A stretch of 64,000 nucleotides of DNA from Candidatus Oxydemutatoraceae bacterium (GTDB lineage: Bacteria; Pseudomonadota; Gammaproteobacteria; Poriferisulfidales; Oxydemutatoraceae): positions 320,001-384,000 of the forward strand of contig OZ244717.1 of NCBI GenBank assembly GCA_965218975.1, written 5' to 3'. A program made the translations under genes and the position numbers. Shown in pieces: positions 38,434 to 46,390 of the stretch; position 1 is the first letter of the stretch, and every line of letters starts with the position of its first letter. The notes below the pieces were generated by a model. It searched no databases, was not told the DNA's origin, and was given only the letters and a program-made list of their open reading frames with translations.

Positions 38434-40397
38434 TCTGAAGTGCTTATGGTGGGCTTAGTATCATCGGAGGGTCTCTTGCCAATCTCCACTCGGAGACTTG
38501 CTCCGGATTGGATAGGGACACCATCGGCTGCCAGTTTATATTCGGCCTCTACTTCGGTCGTAGTATTCTTTCCAAGATTGCCCAGCAAAATAGCAGGATA
38601 GGGTTTGGTAATTATTCTATCCGGCTGAATCGTTTTTCCATTGACCTTCGCCGCGGTGATTGCGGCAACACGATCAGTCCATATACGCTCAGTCGTTACA
38701 TCCGAATGATCATCAACAACGAGACGGAGTTCCAGATCTTCACAAGGCTCAATGCAATGGATCCGGATTTTCCGGCGATTTGAAGCCGATGGAGTAACAA
38801 CGATCTTAAAATATTGCGGCAAGGTCGGCCTTTCCCGAGAGCCGCTCCGGCTACTTTGCCGTCTTTTCCCGGTATTCTTGCTTCGGCCCTTGTTCCTGCC
38901 ACCTGTCGTTCCCCCGGGCCCTGTTTCATGTGGTCGCCGTGAGGATATCCGTCTCTTAATCAGCGCGATTGTGCCCTGATATTCCCGACCGGCTTTTTTT
39001 CCTTGTCGGCTTCCGGCGGTGCTATCAGGGAAGACCAAGAAGTCGTCAGGGCTATACTCGTCAGAAGTAAGTTTTGGTATTACCTCTTCGATTTTCTTTT
39101 TAATCACATTAAATGCCTGACGTAGCTGCTTCCAGTCCTCGTTGCTGATAGCCTTCTTATCAAGCCGATTGTGTAGAGGCCCCTCAGCTTTTCCAATAAG
39201 ATCGTGGAACCGGCGGGGCGCGCTCTTTGCGGAAACCAGAACCAAACCTTCAAAGGCCTCATAGTCTGCAAAGTTAAAACCGGGAATGTTGCCGGTAATC
39301 CACATACCGTTCCTGCAAAGATTTACTCGCGTTCGCCCTGAAGGCGCCGGATGCTGAACGAAAAGTCTTACCGAGCCATCCAGGACCTCAACTTCATGGC
39401 GATAACCTCCTCGGTAGGCTTGATAGGCAAAAAATGCCTGTTCGCCCGGGAGATAGTCCTTTTTCCGTTTTTGTTCCCGATATTTCTCCAGAACAGTCTG
39501 CAACTGCTCACTCGTAAGTTCCCGCTGGGGCTTATTGCCCTCGCCTTCAATAACCACCTCGAGCTGCCCATCAGCTATTGCGACAAAAAAACTACAGGCA
39601 ATAGCCTCCGGTACGGTATCAGATAGAAAATCCTTATCCTTACTACGAAAACGGTTGAATGCAGGAACGATAACGGCAGTCCCATGTCCGGAATCCTTCT
39701 CAATATCCGCCAAAGCGTTTTTAATCAATATCGGAAGGTCATTTCCCCACGGGTATATGTATTCTCTTTTTTTGCGATCAACCAAGTAATAACCGTTAGC
39801 GCTCCGCCCTGTGTCGTCGCTCTGGTTAGCATAATGGGATGCGAGAATTGCGTGGCCGCTTGCAATCCGTTTCCCGTTGCAAATACCACCGTAGAGTACA
39901 TACCTGAGATCTGAGGCGGGAAATAACGAAAAATGCCCAACGCCGAAGGTACCGGACGCTCCACTTTCCTTGCGACTTCTGCCGTCCGACAATAATGCCG
40001 TCATTCTGTCTTTGTCGAGGCCAATACCATTGTCCGAAACAATAAGTGCCTGCTGCCAATCTTGTGATAGCGCTTCAGAGATTCTGTCAGCCACAATTTG
40101 CTCCTGATCATTGAGCGAACCGTTGTTTTCCTCCTCACGCCTTTTCACTGCTTTCTTAAAAGCGGATTTATAACTCTCAATTCCAGGTATATCTTCGGTT
40201 TTTACCTCCGTAGTAGAAAAACGTACTATAGCCCTAGCCTCACGAACCCCAGTGTAATGGAGGGCGGCGGCGGCATCCAGAGAATTTTGGATCAGCTCGC
40301 GCACAATTGCGAACGAACTCATCTCTCGGAAGCTGCTAATGCTAGCAGCCGTAAATCCGTAAGAGTCACTCGATTTGAAAAAATAAAGATCTGTCAT
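38430..40397 (-). CDS. GHKL (HSP90/MutL/MORC-like) ATPase-domain protein
   Basis: Bergerat motifs RELIQNSLDA, SDNGIGL, GTFGVG and GHGTAV, then a G/R/K-rich linker and a C-terminal domain. Confidence 0.88.
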   Translation of the reverse strand: MTDLYFFKSSDSYGFTAASISSFREMSSFAIVRELIQNSLDAAAALHYTGVREARAIVRFSTTEVKTEDIPGIESYKSAFKKAVKRREEENNGSLNDQEQIVADRISEALSQDWQQALIVSDNGIGLDKDRMTALLSDGRSRKESGASGTFGVGHFSLFPASDLRYVLYGGICNGKRIASGHAILASHYANQSDDTGRSANGYYLVDRKKREYIYPWGNDLPILIKNALADIEKDSGHGTAVIVPAFNRFRSKDKDFLSDTVPEAIACSFFVAIADGQLEVVIEGEGNKPQRELTSEQLQTVLEKYREQKRKKDYLPGEQAFFAYQAYRGGYRHEVEVLDGSVRLFVQHPAPSGRTRVNLCRNGMWITGNIPGFNFADYEAFEGLVLVSAKSAPRRFHDLIGKAEGPLHNRLDKKAISNEDWKQLRQAFNVIKKKIEEVIPKLTSDEYSPDDFLVFPDSTAGSRQGKKAGREYQGTIALIKRRISSRRPHETGPGGTTGGRNKGRSKNTGKRRQSSRSGSRERPTLPQYFKIVVTPSASNRRKIRIHCIEPCEDLELRLVVDDHSDVTTERIWTDRVAAITAAKVNGKTIQPDRIITKPYPAILLGNLGKNTTTEVEAEYKLAADGVPIQSGASLRVEIGKRPSDDTKPTISTSE

Positions 40398-41548
40398 GCT
40401 ACTGCTACTCCTTCACCAAACTGCCGTTCAAACGCAAGAGCGGCAAGCATAATATCCTCCTCTGTGGTAAACCGGCCTAGGCTAATACGGACCGCCTGAA
40501 GCGCCGACAAAGGCGGTTGTCCGAGGGCCGTTAAAACATGAGACGGTTCAACCCCTCGTGACGAACAGGCAGAACCCGTTGAAATCGCCACGCTCCCTTC
40601 AAGCCCGGCAATTACTTCATCTCCGGATATCCCCGGAAACGACACATTTAAACTTCCCGGTACACGTTGATATTTGTGCCCGTTCAGTTGAAGCCCTGGC
40701 GCGCTTTTCTGCAGTAACTGCCATAGCCGGGAAGTCAGTTTCCTGATACGTAACGAATCCTTTTCTGTCTCATTCAACGCAATTTCACATGCCGCACCAA
40801 AGCCAACAACGAGATGTACGGGCAAGGTGCCGGGACGTAAGCCGCGCTCCTGACCACCTCCTGTAGCAACCGGCCCGATGCGATCAAAAGTATCGTTGTG
40901 GACATAGAGGACCCCAATCCCCATCGGGCCATATACTTTGTGCGAGGATAACGACAACAGGTCGATTCCAAGCGAATCGACATCAATTCCTATTTTTCCG
41001 GCGGCTTGGGTTGCATCCGTATGCATTAACGCACCATGCTCATGGGCAATCGACGCAATCTCGGCAACCGGATGAACAACTCCAATTTCGTTATTAACCA
41101 GCATAGCGGATACTATCGCAGTCTTATCGCTGATCGCATCTTGCATTTCGTCCATATCCATAATGCCGTCCGGATTCACCCCGATCTTGCGGATAGGAAC
41201 TCCATCCAAACCCAATGCTCGAACTGTTTCCAAAACTGCCGGGTGCTCGGTAGCTACAGTAATAATCTCGTTACGGCCAGTGCTTCTCTTGATCGTGCCT
41301 CGAAGCGCAATGTTGCAGGATTCCGTTGCGCCGGAAGCAAAAATAATTTCTTGGTCGTCTGCGCCTAACAGGGCAGCTACCTGAGCACGACCTTCAGCTA
41401 CGGCCCGCGCCGCATTCCATCCATAGGCATGATGGATTGCATGGGGATTCCCAAAACGCTCTTGCAGAAAAGGCTGCATGGCATCTCGAACCCGGGGGTC
41501 AAGCGGAGTGGTGGCCTGGTAGTCCAGATACACCGGTGCAGAAGCCAT
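40394..41548 (-). CDS. Cysteine desulfurase (IscS/DndA-like)
   Basis: YLDYQATTP, SGATESCN, EHPAV, VNNEIG, HTDATQ, SSHKVYGP (PLP Lys), STGSACSS (catalytic Cys). Confidence 0.95.
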   Translation of the reverse strand: MASAPVYLDYQATTPLDPRVRDAMQPFLQERFGNPHAIHHAYGWNAARAVAEGRAQVAALLGADDQEIIFASGATESCNIALRGTIKRSTGRNEIITVATEHPAVLETVRALGLDGVPIRKIGVNPDGIMDMDEMQDAISDKTAIVSAMLVNNEIGVVHPVAEIASIAHEHGALMHTDATQAAGKIGIDVDSLGIDLLSLSSHKVYGPMGIGVLYVHNDTFDRIGPVATGGGQERGLRPGTLPVHLVVGFGAACEIALNETEKDSLRIRKLTSRLWQLLQKSAPGLQLNGHKYQRVPGSLNVSFPGISGDEVIAGLEGSVAISTGSACSSRGVEPSHVLTALGQPPLSALQAVRISLGRFTTEEDIMLAALAFERQFGEGVAVA

Positions 41549-41552
41549 ATGT

Positions 41553-42914
41553 TTAGTCAGTGCAATCACATGGCAACATGGCCTTGGTTTCAGTGAGCGC
41601 TTGGACTCCGCGGTCCGCAATGTTTCGGTAAGTCATCTTGCTGTTCGTTCCAAAGAAACCGACTGTACCGTCAATGCCTCGTTGTTCTGCTGTCAAATCC
41701 CGAGTGTAGGTATCCTCTATACGAGCCCACCAAGCGACATCCATCGGTGTGTTCTGCTGACTGTTAGGTAAATCTGCCTCGCATTCCGAATGAATACTCT
41801 CATAAACCTTAGTCAGGTTTGATGTTCCCTTGAGAAAACAGTAAACACAATTGGACAGATGCCCGGTCGCGGGGAGTTTCAATTCAAAATCCTTGTTTTT
41901 CCGCCAGAATGCCTTAACGTCTTCTTTTTTTACACACATGTCTGAAAGCGGCATATAGACATGTTCTCCTTCATACTCCCGAACCTCAGAACTGCCCGAG
42001 ATTCTCGCTTCGACACGTTGCACACGTGCCTCTTCATCTCCCCTCAACCCGATAAAAGCGACATATTGCACTCCACCCTCGCCAAATACAGCATTCCCCC
42101 CATACGCTTTCCCATCCAAGAGCTTACTGTCCATGGCGTCTGATGCTGTCGAAAAATCCTTATAACGTTGCTCCGGACGACATACCGGCTGTGACATCAC
42201 AAATTTCTTCTTGGCCAGAAAAATATCTCTTGGGACCCCGCCATTATTGCGACGGTGGCGTTGATAAAGCGTTTCCTCATCAACCTGGGGCTTATTCTCC
42301 CAATGGCCAAGACGAGGAATGATTTTTTTGCAGGCCAGCCAGTCGCGCAGAAACATTCGTGTTGTCTCAAGTTTCAGAGTTGCTGTGCAGGTCCGGCGGA
42401 ACTGGTTGGGAACATACCCTGACCACGACAACATCTCCTCAAAGACCTCGCCCCTCCAGCAGTAACCATCCGGGTTATTTTCCGAACGAGGCTTGGCATT
42501 CACTAGCCGATAGGAAGGCAAACGAGTCCAGTCGCCGTTGCGCACATCTTCATAGGTTTGATACTCGATCAGAAAAAATGGAATTCCGTAGCAAGATTCT
42601 GCTCGTTTCTTGCATTGGGCTACAAAGTCATAGGTGGCCGGATGTTCGGCAGCAGTATTGTTAAAGAGTATGACATCACCGCGCTCGGCCTTTAGTACAC
42701 GGTTTTCCAGCAGAGTAAACAAAAGCATTCCGCTGGATCGACCGCCGGAGAATTTGACAACGTGAGGAAAATTCTCGTGCCTTTTAGACCGATATCGAAA
42801 CTGATACTCGAACTCCGGATCGTATTTTTTTGGTTTGCGAAGGCGTTTCGAAACTACTAGCTTGGGAATTCCTTTTACAGAATGTTTAACAAGATTTTCT
42901 ACAACGGTCTGCAT
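41553..42914 (-). CDS. PAPS-reductase-like PP-loop protein
   Basis: FSGGRSS PP-loop, NTAAEH, RTCTATLK, IGLRGDE, PL..VKKEDV..FW, NCVYCFLK, C-terminal PCDCTD. Confidence 0.88.
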   Translation of the reverse strand: MQTVVENLVKHSVKGIPKLVVSKRLRKPKKYDPEFEYQFRYRSKRHENFPHVVKFSGGRSSGMLLFTLLENRVLKAERGDVILFNNTAAEHPATYDFVAQCKKRAESCYGIPFFLIEYQTYEDVRNGDWTRLPSYRLVNAKPRSENNPDGYCWRGEVFEEMLSWSGYVPNQFRRTCTATLKLETTRMFLRDWLACKKIIPRLGHWENKPQVDEETLYQRHRRNNGGVPRDIFLAKKKFVMSQPVCRPEQRYKDFSTASDAMDSKLLDGKAYGGNAVFGEGGVQYVAFIGLRGDEEARVQRVEARISGSSEVREYEGEHVYMPLSDMCVKKEDVKAFWRKNKDFELKLPATGHLSNCVYCFLKGTSNLTKVYESIHSECEADLPNSQQNTPMDVAWWARIEDTYTRDLTAEQRGIDGTVGFFGTNSKMTYRNIADRGVQALTETKAMLPCDCTD

Positions 42915-42969
42915 TACGGCCTGCCTCCAAAAATCCGGGAATTATTAAGATTCGTTGACAAGGACTGAC

Positions 42970-43516
42970 TTATTCAACCTCTTCCATGATTGGTTTTCCC
43001 TTGCGACCTACCCGCATTCTAAACTTTCTTTGCAAGTCTTTCTTGAAAACATAGGTTCGATTAAGAGGGTAAAACTCGTTCATCATCGAAAGTTTAGACA
43101 TGACAAAAGAGTCTTTATCGTAATTTTCATCAAAATCGCAACCCCATCCAAAGCAAACAAACGGCGTCAGAGCCTCATGGTTCATCGCTGCCCTGATGCC
43201 TATCAGATTCTTGCCAAGTCGTTCTATAGCGTTTCCTTGTGCCTGTTTTTTCTTTCCTTCCTGTTCACGTTCCCTATTCGTTCCCTGTTTCTTTATTTCT
43301 GAAACAACAATCAATTTGCGGTAGTTGGCATCATTTTCCTTTCTCAGCCAGATTACCCCGCCATCGGGTATTATTGTTCAATCAGTAAACACCAAATCAA
43401 ACTCATGTCTCTGGCCGGCCCCTTTGATTATAGATGGCTTTGTCGCTCCGTTTGGAGTCTTTATTCTTGACCTTGTGTTGCGCCGTGTTTTGGCGCAGAT
43501 CCTCTGCTCTAGCCAC
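42970..43516 (-). pseudogene. EcoRI-family restriction endonuclease, disrupted
   Basis: TIIPDGG..VVSEIKKQG..GNAIERLGKN parallels EcoRI PDGG/EAKHQG/GNAIER. There is an in-frame TGA at 43378 just before PDGG, and the N-terminus is in another frame. Confidence 0.75.
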
Positions 43517-44127
43517 TGTAGAAATAATGCCCCTTTTAGCCCATGAATATTGAAAATCAAAACTTCACTATGGAATAGAACATCGTTGTATATGTCTTTC
43601 GGCAAGGCCACTATAGACGTGATTTCAGGGTAGGTTCCATCTACAAAACGCATCCAACGCTTGCTATTCAGAGTCTGGTTAAGACGTAACCCATAAGGCG
43701 CAAACAAAACAATCGGGATGTTTTTACCAAATAACTCTATCGTTTTACGCAACCAGACTTCAAGTAAAAGCGGACGTCTGCCGAATGTTTCCGATACCAA
43801 CTGTTTTGTTTTTTCTTCAATATTAAAAGGCGGGTTCGCAATGACAAGTGCGGGTTTTTCCACTTCACCTCTTGAAAGGGAAATAAAATCCCTGACAATC
43901 GTGTCGGGAAATCCTTGATCCTCTATGTCAACCCCTTTTGTTTTGAACCCCGCTTGCTTAAAAGGGATAAGAAGCGAACCCTTACCTACACACGGGTCAA
44001 ATACGATTCTGTCGGATTTGATTTTCTTATGAACAATACTAAACAGGAATTGGCTTAATTCCGGCGGGGTGTAGACTGTGGAGTTCTTTTGCTCCTTGTA
44101 AAAGTCGTTGCGGTCAACGCGATACAT
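43378..44127 (-). CDS. Small N6-adenine DNA methyltransferase, possibly frameshifted at the C-terminus
   Basis: VYTP, FDPCVGKGSL, IANPPFN. Removing one base from the C run near 43530-43533 gives a clean end KGHYFYSG* overlapping the REase start. Confidence 0.8.
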   Translation of the reverse strand: MYRVDRNDFYKEQKNSTVYTPPELSQFLFSIVHKKIKSDRIVFDPCVGKGSLLIPFKQAGFKTKGVDIEDQGFPDTIVRDFISLSRGEVEKPALVIANPPFNIEEKTKQLVSETFGRRPLLLEVWLRKTIELFGKNIPIVLFAPYGLRLNQTLNSKRWMRFVDGTYPEITSIVALPKDIYNDVLFHSEVLIFNIHGLKGALFLQWLEQRICAKTRRNTRSRIKTPNGATKPSIIKGAGQRHEFDLVFTD

Positions 44128-44640
44128 TCATGCTACCAGTTTCTCAAACGTTACGGTCTTCCCAACCATGGCCTTAAACAGGTCATCCGGTTTGTCTTGT
44201 GTATCACGAGCAACATTGTCTTCATTCAGGCGAAAGGTGAACTCGTTGACGTACTGCCGGCAATGCTTCTTGCTCCAATTGTGGTAAACACCATTGAAGC
44301 TGCGTTTGATGAGCAACCATACAGACTCGACCCCGTTTGGTATGAGCCGTCCCGTTCACATACTCTCTGGCCGAATGGTTGACCTTTGCCTTTATACCCC
44401 CTGTAATCATCGGTGTAAGGAGTAGAGCCAAGCTCAATGTGCTCGCGGAATGGCATTGCTGGTCGTTTCATGGTCCTCGGCCCGTATCGGCATGGCCTTT
44501 ATATGGCCGCCACGCTCCTGCATCCCCAGCACGGCCCGTTCGTCTACCGATCCTCGTCCAGCTTTCAGCTTCTTGTCCATGTGCTTGTTCTTTCATTTAC
44601 GGGCATCCATGAGCTTGTTGTGCTCAAAAAGACTTAGCGT
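44128..44640 (-). pseudogene. Degenerate second IS1595 transposase
   Basis: Fragments KNKHMDKKLKAGRG, YTDDYRGY, NHSAREYVNG and GVYHNWSKKHCRQYVNEFTFRLNE..MVGKTVTFEKLVA, homologous to 35252-36139 and frameshifted. Confidence 0.88.
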
Positions 44641-44879
44641 TTTAGCGTGTTTTCTAGACATCTTTCTTGTTCCTACAGAATATGAATTAATGCCTTTGAA
44701 GCCCCGCAACTTTGAAGAATATGGGCTAGTGATTATACACGCTTCGCTTCTGCTCTCCCGCTTCTCTCCTTACCTTTCTGCACAGGAGGCATGTCAACAG
44801 ATGAGCCAACGACATGCCCTTCAAACTACCTCAATCGGTCGCAAGGCAGTGCCTTATTGGTCGTTCCCCCGTTCGCGGG

Positions 44880-44901
44880 TGCATAAGCTCAGAAACATTT
44901 G
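44880..44901 (+). repeat. Right 22-bp direct repeat of the defence island
   Basis: Identical to 10905-10926. Confidence 0.85.
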
Positions 44902-44907
44902 AAACCG

Positions 44908-45295
44908 TTTTGTGTTTGGTGGCAGATTGTCGGCGGATTGTGCCGGATTATTGGTGGATTGTTGGTAGGTTGTGCCGGATTATTAGCAAAGTGCATGTCG
45001 TCCATGACGCGACTGGGTTCTGTCAACAAGCCCCAGCCCCGACATCCTTGTCGGGTCGTTCGCCGCTGAAAACCGTTCGGTTTTCCGGGCGCGGCTTACC
45101 CATGACGCGACTGGGTTCTGTCAACAAGCCCCAGCCCCGACATCCTTGTCGGGTCGTTCGCCGCTGAAAACCGATCGGTTTTCCGGGCGCGGCTTACCCA
45201 TGACGAGACTGGGTTCTGTCAACAAGCCCCAGCCCCGACATCCCTGTCGGGTCGTTCGCCGCTGAAAACCGTTCGGTTTTCCGGGCGCGTCTCAC
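44908..45295. repeat. Lead-in plus three 98-bp units
   Basis: Units start at 45002, 45100 and 45198. Confidence 0.95.
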
Positions 45296-45300
45296 CCGAC

Positions 45301-45387
45301 AACGGACAGAAAGCACCGATCCGAATGTTGCTGCCGAATGCTTCCCCGGAAGCCCTTCAAGAATCCCATTTAGGGTGGCATCGTACA
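45301..45387. repeat. 87-bp dispersed element, copy 2
   Basis: Highly similar to 231-317, and again directly after a 98-bp cluster. Confidence 0.9.
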
Positions 45388-45390
45388 TTC

Positions 45391-45419
45391 TTGACAAGCC
45401 CGCCGCTTTCCCCTAACCT
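45391..45419 (+). promoter_or_regulatory. Putative sigma70 promoter
   Basis: TTGACA-17 bp-TAACCT upstream of ORF 45513. Confidence 0.6.
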
Positions 45420-45512
45420 GAGCTTAAGTTACGAGGCGCAGGCCTTATTCTTTACTCGCCCGCGGGGAGGATCCTCGCGGGGACCTTCCAGCGGTAACAA
45501 CAGGAGACTATT

Positions 45513-45722
45513 ATGGAAATTACTGCTGAGAAATTTGAGCAGGAGCTTCAAAAGCTTGAACAGAGGCTTGAGCGAAAGTTTGATACGAAGCTTGATACGA
45601 AGTTTGATAAGCTCGAAGCCAAACTCGACTCGGTGAAGACTTGGTTTGTCGGTTTAATGGTCACTACCGTTTTAGTCGTGACCGCGTTGATGACAACATT
45701 CGTCAACATTAACATGAACTAA
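45513..45722 (+). CDS. Small coiled-coil protein with C-terminal TM helix (DUF1640/Bdr-like)
   Basis: AGGAG RBS; KFDT/KLDT heptad-like repeats followed by WFVGLMVTTVLVVTALM. Confidence 0.7.
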   Translation: MEITAEKFEQELQKLEQRLERKFDTKLDTKFDKLEAKLDSVKTWFVGLMVTTVLVVTALMTTFVNINMN

Positions 45723-45834
45723 CCCGGGCATCACCGCCTATTCTTAAAACTTGGTTTCGCGTCTGCTCGCGAAATCCTACTCTAAATTGATGATACAAAC
45801 CATGGGTTTTTATCCTTAGCCTGCCTATCAGCAT

Positions 45835-46197
45835 CGTTCGCCGCTGAAAACCGTTCGGTTTTCCGGGCGCGGCTCACCTGTTTTGTGTTTGGTGGTAGAT
45901 TGTCGGCGGATTGTGCCGGGTTGTTGGTGGATTGTTGGTAGGTTGTGCCGGATTATTAGCAAAGTGCATGTCGTCCATGACGAGACTTCGTGCTGTTAAT
46001 GAACCCCAGCCCCGACATCCTTGTCGGGTCGTTCGCCGCCCGCTAAAAAAGGTGGCACCGTTCGGTTTTCCGGGGCGCGGCTCACCCATGACGAGACTTG
46101 GTTCTGTCAATGAGCCCCAGCCCCGACATCCCTGTCGGGTCGTTCGCCGCTGAAAACCCCGCTGAAAACCGTTCAGTTTTCCGGGCGCAGCTCACCC
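45835..46197. repeat. Partial unit, lead-in and two variant 98-bp units
   Basis: Half unit at 45835-45878, lead-in from 45881, units at 45975 and 46086 with small insertions. Confidence 0.9.
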
Positions 46198-46390
46198 TGC
46201 GGCGTCAGGGTGGGCCTTATCCGCACGTAGCGGTCAACCGTATATAGCGTCAGGCATGCGAGCCGAAATCGGACAGCGCCGGCAACCGATATATCCTCGC
46301 ATCCCGGTAACATTGCCTGCGCGGACCGCGCAGCTCATTGGGTTACAATACCCCGTAGCTAAAAATAAAAAAGGTCTGACTGACAACTAC

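Noticed and set aside
40394-42914. Housekeeping iscS plus cysH, or a canonical dnd/ssp cluster
   Set aside because: There are no isc, suf or cys neighbours, the PP-loop is not SGGKDS, and no dndBDE or sspBC homologue is recognisable.
44860-44906. GTCGTTCCCCCGTTCGCGGGTGC...TTTGAAAC loosely resembles a type I-C repeat
   Set aside because: Single copy, too long, weak hairpin, and no I-C genes in the window.
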